A stretch of 64,000 bases of DNA from the human T2T-CHM13v2.0 reference genome, Homo sapiens. The notes below the pieces were generated by a model, which saw nothing but the letters and a program-made list of their open reading frames with translations, was not told the origin of the DNA and did no database searches. Shown here one piece after another: positions 1-14,891 of this stretch (positions within the stretch are counted from its first letter, which is position 1; every line of letters starts with the position of its first letter). Made by a program: the position numbers and the translations under genes. The DNA is taken from assembly GCF_009914755.1 (NCBI RefSeq), contig NC_060937.1; one strand, 5' to 3'.

Positions 1-1960
1 TGTTAAGAGGCTTCTTGTTAATGTATTGGTGATAGTTCAGGCAATATAATAAGTGAAAAGAGGAAAAGATACGATAATCGTAATTTCCTGCAAAAGAATA
101 ACCTCACTGGCATTTCAGTCTAAGTATAATCTCCTCAAATGTTCTACTTTTCTCAATATCATGCAAATCCTTGTCTAAATCCATTTCTACCTCAATGTCT
201 CAGTTGTTTTTTTCTTTTTCCAGATTCCAAGTACCACATGGGGTCTGTGCATGTGTAGTTTATTGTTGAGGACAGAAAATGACAAAAAAAAACAAAAGAG
301 GTGGCTATTTTTACATGTAAGTCTTGTTTGGGATGAGCCATCTAATTAAATAAAAATAGCTGGAAAATACGTGGCCACAAAAGTCTTCTGATACAGTAAA
401 TAAATGTTTTTCAAGGAAAAGACTCATGCAAGAAATTTATTCATATATACATACATATGTATGAATATATGTACACATACATATATATACACACACATAG
501 AATAAAGAATACAGACACACAGTATTCTTTCTAAGTGGAGGTCAAAGTCTGAGTGGGCTAGGAACAATATACATGCAGAGTCACTGGTTAACAATAGGAA
601 CAGAGAAACCAGTGGTTGAGGCATTATATTTTTTACTTCTTTGTCATTAGGTCTAGCATTTATAACAACATCTCATTTAAGCTCCATCATCAACCTACAA
701 GGTAAGTGTTTTCCTCATCTGGTTACAAAGAAAACGTGAATAGTGAGAGGCCAGTTGTAGTGCTTTGAAAAGTAGGTTTGTGTTTGCAGTTTTAAAGTTG
801 GATTATGGAAAAAAACAATCCTAGTTAATCTAGAAAAACACATAGTGCCATGTGATAAGGAAGATTCAAATGAAATATGAGTTGTGGTCCATAGTCTCAA
901 ATGGTTGGCATCTCCTACATGGTGGAATGTTAAAGGGAATGAAGCCCTTATCTTGGCACAATTTCATAATCATGGTCAAGTTACTTAATTCTTTGAGTGT
1001 GACTTAGACAAATTACTTAGTCTGATTATAAGGAGACTTCACACCTTACTGTTCAAAAAATAAATGGTGTTTAGGTTTGAATTTATTTCTTTTATAAGGT
1101 TTGATTATTATATTCAACCCATCTCACCTAGGAACAGAGCAATTATATATCAGGAAGAATTACCAATGTGCAGTATTATATTATTCACTTCTCTTTTTGC
1201 TGCAAAAAAATTATTCCAACAGAAAGAAATGTTTAGTTACTAACATGCCAAGAAATGTGAACCTTTTGTGTATTCTGACAGGAACTTTTACTTTGTTTCA
1301 AAACATTTGTAAGTCATAGCAAATCTTCAATTTTCCTAACATCTCTTCATTTTAGACGCAATGTCTGTAGTTATACTGATCCAATGACTTCTCTTGACCT
1401 AATTTATACCGTACCATGAGATTCTATTAAAAGAAACTAAATCACTGCAGTAGATTTATTCACCTTAAATAATTTAAGCTAATTGAAAAAGAACCAAACT
1501 AAAACTAAGACACTTCTCTCAAGCATTCAACTTCTGCATGTCAATTAGTAATTTAAATAACCAGCTAATCACAAAAGCTTCGTGAGAAACACCGACCTAT
1601 GCTATGTATACATCTCTCTACTTCCACTGGCTGAAGATACAAGTAAACATCAATTCTGATTCTACAAGTACGTATATCTCTTCTGTAGCAATTAGGTAAT
1701 TCCAATACAATGTTTTCATGGATGGATTTGAGATTCTTTTTAACTTTTCCAAAAAATGTTCAAAAGAACATAGAAAAATAGAAATATCTGAACATTTCAC
1801 ATCTAGTCACTCTTTTTTGTCAATGAGTTATGACAGTTCAAATTTATAAGGTGACTTAAACAAAACAAAATTGAAAACACTGCTGTTATCTACAAACATT
1901 AATACATCACAATAACCAAAGACTGAACTCCCATGGATTGGTTTAAAAATTACTAACTCA

Positions 1961-2270
<310 letters not shown>

Positions 2271-2339
2271 TTAATATTATTATATTTTATTATTGTTACT
2301 TTTCTTCTTAAGATGAAGTTATTAAATATCATTTTGATT

Positions 2340-3050
2340 TATGCAATGTTCACAGTGGCACATAATGTGATTAGAAATTACAATATTCTAATTGTCCCAT
2401 CCTTTGGAACTCCATTTGTAAAATCAATGGTCATTTTTCTCATGCATTTATTAGATTTCATAATTCAGCCATTTGTAATACCTGGAATATGTGGCATAAT
2501 GACATGTATGACAGTCCTACAAAGAGTTTCAAAAGCTTTTTGCAATACTCTTACCATACATCTTTCTTATGAGAATTAGAAAATTCAAACATAACTTTAT
2601 CTTGGAGGTAAAGCCTTTTGAAATATTGCTAAAGTGCATACTGAATAAAGACAACACACTTAAGCGGACTTTCTCCCCTTTAAACAGCATTCATCTTTTC
2701 AAAAGCAATAGATTCTCAGTCCACACGGAGTCTGTTGCATTATTCATTTCATGTGCAACCTCATGCTGGACCATAAATTGTTACTTTATCTAATCAAAGG
2801 AGACTTAACTCTACAGAAGGTCAAAGGTTTAATTTTGTGAAGTATTATCTTACGCTATGAGTTTAACCGAAAAATAGAAGAAGAAAAACAGCCAAGAAAC
2901 TGGTAATAAATGAACCTTTATTGCCTCAGGCATTGGCCTAGTTAATAAACTTTCATTGAAGGTTTCTTTCAACTGTTACGGACAATGAGAGGAAAAAAAT
3001 ATTAAATTACAGCCATGTGTGACTTTTAAAGCAGTCATTCTTTTTTATCT
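2340..3050. promoter_or_regulatory. Candidate developmental enhancer
   Basis: Repeat-free block with TCF/LEF ATCAAAGG (2793), DR1-like AGGTCA-A-AGGTTT (2818-2830), AP-2 palindrome TGCCTCAGGCA (2922-2932) and several posterior-HOX/CDX-like ATAAA sites. Confidence 0.45.
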
Positions 3051-5277
3051 CAACCTTCCTAGCTCAGGGAAAGAAGAAAAAAAAAAGACAAAGAGAGATT
3101 GTCTTCGATCTCTTAACCAAAAATATATGTTTCTAAACAGATGAAAAAGTGCAGATAAACTTTTCTAAAAGCAGAGGTCAGCTTTGAACAATATTAAAAA
3201 AATGCTTTCTTTAGGTGTTGAATCTTAGAAAACAATCTCTCTAGCTCAACGTAAAACTACAAAAGGGAGGAGGGGGACATGTTTTCTTCCCGAAAAGACT
3301 AACTCTTAAATTGTAGTCTCCTGCTTAGCACAACATAATGCCTTATAATCTTGTCATTATTGCACAAAGTCAACTGTAGTTTTGATATTAATTAAATGCA
3401 TTGTAAATAAAACAGTATCTATGTATTATCTGACCTGTTTTAACGCAGAAATCCTTCCTCTGTCATCAGAAATGCTAGTAGCAAAATAATTAATTGATAT
3501 ACAATTAAAATTTTTGAAAGGAACACTTTTATCTTCTTAGCTAATATTCTCAACCAAAAATGAATGGTCTATGTGTAGTTTTTATATCAGTATTTTCTAG
3601 AGAAGTAAACGAACTGAGTTCTTCTCAACTACATCCACTTTTTCAGCTGGCACTGTGTTGAGGATGAAAGTTGTCACAGCCTCAATTCCACTTCCACGCC
3701 ACAGTATAAATAAGGTAGATCCTCCTGTCACCAACAGAGTTCATATAAACTGTGAGACAAGGAAGAAGCAATGTTTTGCATCATACCTCAGATCTTCCGC
3801 AAGAAAAGGGGAAAGAGAGCTGGCTCTGTACTAACGGGGCCCTCTCTGCCAGGTTCTATCCACAAATCACAATGCTCTCAGCAGGGCACCCAACCCTATT
3901 CCACCTAGCAGCATTTGGACAGAACTGGGGCTCTACTTCATTCCAGGGACATGTCCCCAGGATGCTATCTTGGCCACCTTTGAATCTGAACATGATGGCT
4001 GCTTACACCAGCAGCACCAGGTGAAAGCAAGACCAGGCTCCCTACTAAGAAGTGCACTCTGCACAGCTGGAAGGCAATGAGTTCTTCTGGGGTCAAGGAT
4101 GGAGCAGGTTTATAGCAGCAGCTCTGTTTCTTTTCTGTATTTGCCAAGAATAGTAAAGGAGACTTCTGAGAAGAGACCATCTAACCTGAATCATGAATGG
4201 AAAAAAAAAATCAAGTTTTATTCATAGAATATTAAGGATACAAACACGGTGTTTCGAAAAATGTGGTTAAGCCTAGATACCAGAATCCAAAGCAAGTTGG
4301 AATAATTGGTTTTCATTAAATTAGTAGAGGGTTTTAGAATCAACGAGCAGGTTTGATTTTACGCAAGAAACCATAAAGTGCTACTCCAAGTTTAGGAGGG
4401 GAAGCATTGTCGGAAGAGCAATTGATAAACATGATTCTCCCCCCTCTTTATTTACTGCATAATTTTGACATAGGCATATAACTGGGGAGCTTAAGAAGAA
4501 AAAGGTGAAGAAAAATGCAGAAATATCAACTACTTTCTAGAACGAAACACTGTAGTTTAGAATGTACATAAGTGAATGACAAGTTGCATGTATGTGCGTA
4601 AACGATTTAGTAATAGCAAGAGTGGTCATGGTTTATAATTTCAATCATCTCATTTACTCTTCTTTAAGAGAAAAAGCCTGAGGTACATTTAGAAGGTGAT
4701 CTCAAGGTCAGAGAAGCATGGGAGAGTAACAAAAGCAGGTATCTCAAGTCTAATTCTTTGTTCCATTAATCAGATTTTTATGGGCTTGGGAAAGTTGTGC
4801 TACAGTACACAGGGAGGATAAGAATAAGGAAAGATCAAGGGAATTCAAAGGATTTATTAAAAGTGCAGACAGTAACTCCGACTAGTGTTTTTGCTAGACA
4901 GACACAATTAATTAATTGTAACATTGTGAAACTAAAACGCTGAAAGAACGTGCTCATGCCTGCAATGCAGTAATGTAGCAAATACTTAGAATCTTTCAAC
5001 CACCAGGAGCTTTTGTTGGTTTTTTAACCTAATCCACAGCTTGACATAGATCCTAGGGTAATAGAACACAGTTCTTTGATTGAAATATCTAAACATTGCT
5101 GCACTAGCCTGGTGGCCTAATAAGTCTGTGTTTCTGAAACTTGAGAAATTTCAAGTTTGGAAACAAACTGAGATACTGAACTCTGTCTTGAAAAGTCCTT
5201 CAAGAAATTGCCTTTGAGACTGGAATATACTCTTTCCTGTTTAACAGGACCAAAAGAGATATAAAACTTCTGCAATC

Positions 5278-5607
<330 letters not shown>

Positions 5608-6779
5608 TTAAACAGTGATACAGTCAAAGCAAATTGTTTTCTTCAGCCACTCAAAAGTTACTAATAAGGAAAAAGTAGTGTTGATAATTGCAGAGTCTAA
5701 TACATGTCATAAAAACATGAAGAATTTCAGAAGTGATCCATTAGCCCAACTTTCTACATTTGGACATAAAAATGTGAACACTATCTACAAGTTTACTCAT
5801 TGTTACAGAGAAAGTTGATCCATCTATTTGATCAAGTTTAATCACATGAAAAACTTCAATTTGTTCAAAAACACACTAAATATATCTAAAAAGTAATTCT
5901 TATATACCATTTAGTGGAAAATAGAAAATCCTCCGTACTTATTTTGTTTTATTCAAGGTACCTCAATTTGTGATAATGATAAGAATGCCATATTTGAGCA
6001 TTTTAGTGAGTGTGGAATTATTTATAAGTCTGCATTTGCAGCAATAAATACACTCTGATTAAACTCTGAAAGACAATTGCAATAAAATATCCATTTAATT
6101 GTGGATTCTGCTGAATTTCAAAAGGCAAAGAATGTGTGCCATTACTATTTACCAATACTCAGGTGTCTTGTAAAAATTGCTAAGCAAAAATGGATGAATA
6201 GAGAAAAGAGAAAGGCATGGGTAGCATTATGTATACCTGAGGCTATAGGCAAACTGTGATCATACATTTAGACAACAGACTTATAATATTTAAATAACGA
6301 AAATGATTTTTACTTAGCATCTGTCATTTGACACTATCAAATCACTTTATAACTGTTAATAAAAATGATACTTGGATGACAACTGAGATTCTGAACACTG
6401 CCACAAATGTGAAGTCTTGGCATATTTTATCATTACCTTGTAAAGCATGAGCTGTGAAGCTGGAAGGGAACTAGACAGCAAGTAAGAAAAATCCTCAAAT
6501 TAAATAATAAAGACATTAGTTTGAAAACATACCAGTCCTTGTACAAAGAGTTTTCACGAGCACAATTACAGTTAGATAAATCAGGAAATCAATGATGTCT
6601 AGAACCCAATTTTTTTTCCATATTTCCTTTCTGCTATCTGTTGGTAGATAACCCTCATATTAAAAAGTATTAAAAAGTTAGCTACAGCAATTCCAGGAAT
6701 CCAACTAAAAAAGAATTAGCTGATTATGCTATATGTTTCTTTTTAGTCCTTGAAGAAATCGTTCCCACGGGACATCTAA

Positions 6780-6990
6780 AAGGCTCTAACTGGTCAAACT
6801 GTATCATCTGATCATGCCCAACCAATCATAGGCAAAGAGAACAGGGCCACCATGACTCACAACTGGGATAGAACATGGGGCTGAGACCTCCTAAGTGCAT
6901 GACTGGAGAAACAATGGGAATACCTGAATCAAGTTAGGATTCTGTTAGAAAAGAAGGGGTGATGGGTTGTTATTGTGGAGCAACTAAAAA
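6780..6990 (-). mobile_element. Probable old MaLR (MLT1K/L-like) LTR fragment
   Basis: Resembles reverse-strand MLT1K/L (accaatca...ggattctgttagaaaagaagg). Highly diverged. Confidence 0.35.
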
Positions 6991-8252
6991 AGCCTGTGAG
7001 AAAAGCTCCTTGGAGAATATTAAAGAAAATAGCTACCAACTTCAAAAAGAAGCCCACTTACTTTGCTATTTCCAATATTCCAATATTTGTAATCTTTCCC
7101 AAGCATGCTCAACAGTTAACCTGCAACTCCTAGTTTCAGAGGATAATATCATTGTTGTTTTCAAGACACTACTTTATTCTCATAATGAAAGTCTTGGTCC
7201 TTGTACAGAAAAGTTTCATAAAATTACACAGTGAATTTGATTTTTATATTTAGAGTTACCAGGAACAGAAACATGAAATAGCACCCAATTGCTTTGAGTT
7301 TCCTTTCTTGTCTCTAGCTGGAGAGATATAAACAATAAGATGATATGTCTACAGAACACAAAGATGGCATCCTTCATTTAATTACTATACAATCAAATAT
7401 ATGACAATAAAATGTGGACACCAAAAAACTGGTCATCTTTGAGCTATATCAAATAGACACTCAAACTTTTCCAGTAACAGTGGGGTGGTTAAAATTGGTG
7501 GTAACATTTTCTCAATGCTTTGATACAGTACTAGAATCATTAACCTCATGTTCTTCATTCTTAATGGTGCAGACCAGTTTAGAAAAACATGATACAGCAA
7601 CTGCAGAGCTCAAGAGAGGCGACGAGAAGAGAGAAAGAGGGGACTAGGGTGAAAGGGAGGGAGACAACAATAGCTTTAAGAGTACATGTGTTTATGGCCA
7701 AGTTAGTGCCATTTTCTCCTCTTAATGTCCATCTTTGATACCATTAACAGGAAAAAAATAATTAATTAAAAGTTTAAAAATTGTGAGCAATAGCAGGCAT
7801 ATGGTATAGGACAAAGAATATGGGTTTTGAAGACTAAGAGCTGTGTTCCAATCCCCTCTCAGTCGTTAGATAGATGGCTTCTGTTTGTAAGATCTCAACT
7901 GTTTTTACCACAGTTAACTATTTTGCAGCATTAAAAATCAGGATCACATTGCTTAGGTCTCATAGAATTGATGAGAACATTAGATGCCATAGGACGCATA
8001 AAAGGTATGGTATAGAGGTGTTCAATGATGACAGTTTCCTTCCTATAATCTCACCATAGCCACCCCTTTCCTGCCATTTATGCGTTAGAAGCCTCACTAC
8101 TGAAGGAGATGCCACTACTTGTTCAGGACAGATGGTAGGGTCAAGGCCATGGCAATAATAACATAAATCCACCCCTTCAACTTTATTTCTCAGGATCAAT
8201 AATGGAACTTGCTAGGTAAATATGTTCCTTGCCAGAAATTTTGTTTTGTAAG

Positions 8253-8570
8253 TATAGTCATGCACTGCATAATGATGTTCCTATCAACAACAGACCACAT
8301 ATACAACAGTGGTCCCATAAGATTGTAATATTGCTGAAAAATCCTTATTACACAAATACCATTGTATTATTATTTCCTCACACTAGTTCAGTAATGTGCT
8401 GTATAGGTTTGTAACCTAGAAGCAATAAGCCATACGTATAGCCTAGGTATGTAGTAAGCTATACCACCTAGGTTTGTGTAAGTACGCTCAACGATGCACA
8501 CACAAGATGAAATCACCTAAAAACACATTTCTCAGAATGTATCTTCGTCATTAAGGGAGACATGAATGTA
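8253..8570 (+). mobile_element. Tigger3a/Golem-type DNA transposon (TcMar-Tigger)
   Basis: tagtcatgcactgcataatga...ggtcccataagattgtaata...cacatttctcagaatgtatc...catgaatgta termini, with TA flanks. Confidence 0.8.
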
Positions 8571-10441
8571 CATGAATGGATGAACTCTGTACCACATTTT
8601 AAAATTGTGTAAAATTTGGATCTACAGCTTACTAAGGGACCTTAGAAAAGTCACTTAACTGCCCTGTAAATGGGGCTGACAACAACAACATGTTGTAGCG
8701 GATATAAAAATTAAATGAGGGAGTACACATAATGAACTTCAACTGTGTAAGGTAGAACATAAGCAATCCATATATGTAGGCTATTGTTAGTGTCCTTTGA
8801 CATCAAAAGACACTAATTTCCATAACAAACACCATATAGAAACTAATTTTAAGATGATGAAAACTAAATTTTAATTCATGTTGTAATGGAAAGGAAAATA
8901 AACAAATATTGCAAAAATCACAAAAAGATCCACATTGTCATTACATTACCTATTTTCACTATACACATCTTGACTTTAAGGACATTTTATTACTAGAAAT
9001 ATATCATGGTAAAATCACACTGAAAAAGAGATCCAGTTAAATGGATACGAGCAACACGGATCTCACAAAAATTCTAAGTTTAGACTTTGAATATATAGTC
9101 ACTAAATTATCCAGTGCAGACATAAGAATTGGTGCTATCTTGGAATTCAAATTCTTTAATCTCAGACTCACATTATGAGCAGAGGCCAGAAGCAAGCTAG
9201 AATCCTCGTCTTTCCCCTGGAAGGCCAAGCACTTTGACCTTTATTAAAAGCTACCCCATGATACACACAAAGTCTCTTTAAACGCATATTGGAGCCCCTA
9301 AATATGCTCACTCCTTATAATATATTTACTGTTTGTTCACATTGAAATAGCCAAGAATAGTGGAGAATAGATAAAAGGAGATTCAAATAACTAATAATAT
9401 CATGTGTATTTCCCCCATATTCTCTAAGAACAAATCAATCAATACATATCAAGAGCACATCAGCAATGTTTCCTCTACCATTACATTGGTTTCTTGGTCA
9501 ATGGCTAGTTTTGTTACACAGACAATTTCTAATAGTCAAGTAATCCAGTACATAAGCAGTACTTGGTATATTACAGCAGCAAGAAGTATTTCTATTCTCA
9601 GAAAAATATAATTTGTTTTCCATTTCCTTACACTGTTTACTCTCAATGTCAACATTCAATTACATATCCATAAATATAATTTACTGAATAAAAGTTAAAA
9701 TATTTAATTTTTAACTTCAAACTGTGATTCAAATTAAATAATATTATTGTAATAGATAATAAGATATTTAGATTTTCAGAGTATGTGGTAAATAGACCCA
9801 TTTAAGCAGTTCTATACAAGAAACACTTTCTCTCTCTGTGAGGTAATAGAAGACCAAAACAACTTTTAAAACAGAAAATCAGGGATTTGTAGAATTCTAA
9901 GAGACTCTAAACTCTATTTTCCCGAATTCTAATTATCATCAAGGCATTCGGATAAAAGTTGACAACTACATATGATCTTTCAACACATACATTTATTCAC
10001 ATAATCACTAAAATTGACAGTGCATCTTCATCATAATAAATTTGTAAGAATTACTTGATGTTAATAATTTTTATGACAAATTATTTTAATTCAAGTTTGA
10101 AGCTCCACTTGTAAGATAAATACAAACAAAACCAGTCTTGACATTCAGTTATGAAAAGTAATTCATTATGCATGAAGTAAAATTTGCCATCAAATACTTA
10201 AGCATCTTATTACTTTTTATTGTTAGTAAAAATTTGCAAAGGTCATTTGAACTTACTGTTATATAAGCTATTTAGCATTTATTCTAAGAGCAAAATACAG
10301 TTTTGGTAATCATTGTACTAAAAGACATACAATTGCTATAGCACAGAAGAAAAATGCAAAATATAGTGAAAACATGGCTGCTCAAATATTTGTTGATATC
10401 ATCATGGAACTATTGTCATAGGTCTTTCAAAAGTGCATGAG

Positions 10442-10862
10442 GGCAGGGCACGGTGGCTCCTGCCTGTAATCCCAGCACTTTGGGAGCCTGAGGTCAGTGG
10501 ATTGCTTGAGCCCTGGGGATCAAGGTTGCAGTGAGCTGTGTTTTGCACCACTGCACTCCAGCCTGGGCAACAGAGTGAGACCCTGTCTCACAAAAAAAAA
10601 AAAGAAAGAAAGAAAGAAAAGAAAAGAGAAAAAGAAAACAAAATAAAAAGTTTATGAGTGGGTTCTAACTCTGGGGGTTCAAGATCAGTCTGGACAACAT
10701 GGCAAAATCCTGTCTTTACTAAAAACACAAAAATTAGCCTGGTGTGGTGGCACACGCCTGTAGTCCCAGCTACTTGGGATACTGAGGTGGGAGAATCACT
10801 TGAGGCCAGGAAGTCAAGGCTGCAGTGAGCTGTGATAGTGCCATGGCACTCTGGGAGTGAGA
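10442..10862 (+). mobile_element. Rearranged/compound AluJ-type element
   Basis: Left-arm 5' part joins a right-arm 3' end and A-tail (10442-10632). The Alu then resumes at the B-box (10671) through the right arm. Confidence 0.8.
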
Positions 10863-10870
10863 TAAGAATG

Positions 10871-10902
10871 CATGTATATGTATCTGTATCTGTATCTGTA
10901 TC

Positions 10903-10941
<39 letters not shown>

Positions 10942-10965
10942 GTGTATATATATGTGTGCATATAC
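10871..10965 (+). repeat. (TGTATC)n/(TGTATA)n compound microsatellite
   Basis: Hexamer tandem units read directly. Confidence 0.9.
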
Positions 10966-11539
10966 ATGAAATGTATGCATCATAAGCTTCTGAATATATT
11001 ATGAAACTATTTGGAATAAATTTTAGGAAACTGCAAGCTGTATTTGTACTAGTATCTCACACACATACACATATATACAGATATTCATGTGTTCAGAAAG
11101 ATTATATCTATAATGTATGTTTGTGACACAGACAGCATGTCTTACTCAATACTTTATTCCAGCTCCTAGAGATATTCTTGCTAAATACTAGACTTTTAGT
11201 AAATTAATGAACCCTTCATGAGTGTTTCTCTGAATTCCTGAGGAACTACTTAATTGGCATTTGTCATGCTAGATCGTATTCCTATTTGTTTCATATGACA
11301 TAGGTACCTAATAAATGCAAATGCTTATAAAGATTACATAAGAGATCACTGATCGGTCTTTAGAACTAGCAATGCACCAAGCCACACGAATGGAACAGTG
11401 AGGCTGCCTCCTCATCATCTAAATGATTAGAAAACAAGGCTAAATTCTAGTATAGATTTCAGCACTCTAACAAATCGTTACTGTCCCTTTATCTTCCCTC
11501 TCCCCATGGCAGATTGTCTTTCTTTTTCTGCTTCACAAA

Positions 11540-12080
11540 ATTAAGTCATTCCACTCCTCTGCTTGCACATTTTTGGCATTACCCATTGCCTAGAACTCAA
11601 GATTCAAACACCTTATCTATAGCAATGCTTAGGCTTTCATAACCTGTCCCTCACCTACCTTTCCACATATATCACTGACCAGTCACTGCACTCATTCCAC
11701 TTTCTATTCTATTTAAAACTCCGAAGAACTATCCTTCAACTCAGCATCTGATTCCTTCACTGTTCTCTTTGCCAAGAATCGTTCCCCTCCCTGCTATGCA
11801 TAGTTTAAACACCATCACAAATTATCACCTCTTAGGAAGTGATAATCAGTTATTATTAATTCACCGAAGCAGAGTTGATTATGTCTTCCTCCGCCTCACC
11901 TTCTAAATTTTGCAGATATCTCAACTATAGCTATACTGAATTATATTGTTATCATGTGTTTACCAGCTTGTCCAATTATACTATGAGCTCCTTGAAGGTA
12001 GAGGCCATAACTCATTAAGTTTTCTTTTTGTTCTCTTGTACCCTCCATAGCATAAACGTTAACTTTTTGAATAAATAAAT
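11540..12080 (+). mobile_element. L2 3' fragment
   Basis: cccattgcctaga...actatgagctccttgaaggtagagg...tgaataaataaat, typical of an L2 3' end. Confidence 0.6.
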
Positions 12081-12276
12081 AGCAACACTACAAGAAATGA
12101 AATCTAGAAAATGTAGAAAAGTGGACCGCGATGACCAGTACAGAACATAATTAAAGAAGATCATTTAAAGGGCCAACAATTTATCCAAATTTGAGTCCTC
12201 CCAACTCGAGATAAATGAGACCTCATCTTTCTACATATTGCAAGTCCAGATTCGGAAGCTTAAACTAAAACACACA

Positions 12277-12355
12277 TTTGGTTAAACTGTATGAAATTGC
12301 TGATATTTGACTAATTTTGACCTACAAAGTGATCATTTAATGCAGTTCAACTTAA
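12277..12355. mobile_element. MADE2 mariner-derived MITE
   Basis: ~80-bp element ggttaaactgtatgaaattgc...ttttgacctacaaa...gttcaacttaa with degenerate terminal inverted repeats. Confidence 0.7.
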
Positions 12356-13324
12356 TTTCTATTATTTGATGACAAAATTCATCCCCATTTCCCAAATCTT
12401 CTGGAGAAAGCAGCACAATAAACCCCGCCCCTAAATCCATGCTCAAAAGAAACACACTCTTCCAAATTTACTCACAAGAAGAAACACTCATTCCAGTGCC
12501 AACAAACATCAGCTGGTTCTAAGGTCAACACATTTACCAAAGAACTAAAAGTAAACTCTACCAAAAGAACAACAAAACAATCTAAGCCTGAGTGAAGTAT
12601 GACCGTCAGTCAATTCAGCTCCAGTGCTGCTCCCTGATCTGTCATTTCCTCTTATCTCAGAAGGCTCTTTGAATTTTCAGACTAAGAGCAAAGGCAGACG
12701 CTGCCCTACGCATGTCTCTAAGGCTTTTACCTACTGTAATTGTTACACCTGACACCTGTGGTTATCGCACCTGCTAGGAGAGCATTCCCTTCTTAAAGCT
12801 TTTCCTTACAGTGCTTTTCCTTCCTGATGTACCAAAAATATTAGAATATTTTGGATGCAAAACAAAGCCTAGGTTTGAATCTCTCCCTTTATATATAAAC
12901 TTGGTATTTATCTACCTATAGATAACAAGAGATTACTGAATGAAAAGTAAGCATATTTCTGAAGTATTCACTATCATTTATTCTAAATTCTATTTTCTTT
13001 ATTTTTTAATGCCAGAACTGATTACAGTAACTTTCCAGAAAATATGAAAAGAATCACTGTAACTATACTTAGCAATACTGTGACGTATATTTGACATTTT
13101 CTACAGAGTAGATCTTAAATGTTCTCATCAGAAAAAAAAAGAAAGAATAGAACCACTATTTATATTTGCACTGTGTGCTCAAAACTATAGTCAGCGTTCT
13201 GTTAATAATTGTACTACATCTATAGTATGTATGGGTGTGTGTATAAACACAAGCATACACTATTTTAAATGAGGAGAATGATGTGCAAAGGGATAGGTAA
13301 CCATCTAAAATTAGATGACTAATA

Positions 13325-13760
<436 letters not shown>

Positions 13761-14580
13761 TCAGTTCAAACCAGATGTGTCTAACTCCAAAATTTACACT
13801 CTTAACTACTGTACTATAAGTGGGCCTCAATAAACTGAAAAACTGACCCACATGTCCAAGTGTAATATGCGAGTACATGGAAATGTGTTGGCACTTGAGT
13901 TTTCATAAGCATTACAGTTCACAAACGTTACATTCAACTCAACTTCAAAGCCTAAAATGCCAATATTTTGGCCATTATGTCACCAAATGATCTCAAATAC
14001 ATATACAGTGATTATATGACAGATGGCTTTGATAAACAAAAATAATTCTAACAATAAAAAAATGATAAAATGTTTATTTGGTACAGAGATAGGTGGGGAA
14101 TGAAGAAAGGCAGGCTTAAAGGAAAAGTTGGAGGTTTATCTTTCATTAAAGAACATCTCTTACTTTGCATGTTGTACAGACTTATGATTCTAATCTACAT
14201 GGCAGCATTAACTTTTTTGTGATGTGTAACCTCTAACATAGTTTAGTCAACTTCAGAGAAAAGCTGAAGATGTAAAACTAGAAAATTTCCAGATTGCTCA
14301 TTTGAAATCATTGAAAGCAACTTGTTTCTTCAACTTTCTGCAAGAAACCTTCCCTGATGGCTACAGCTGTGATGATTAGAACTTCAGAACTTTTCAGCCC
14401 TCAATGACTGCCCCACTCATTTGATACACATATCATAATGCTATGCCATGTTATTACATTATTTTTACTGTTAATTACTCTGTGTGTAAGATTTTCTCCC
14501 AATCACTTGAATACAGAAATCAAGACATCACTTAGCAAAACCTTCATGAAAGCATAGCAGGCTGACATTGGTGATGTCTC

Positions 14581-14891
<311 letters not shown>

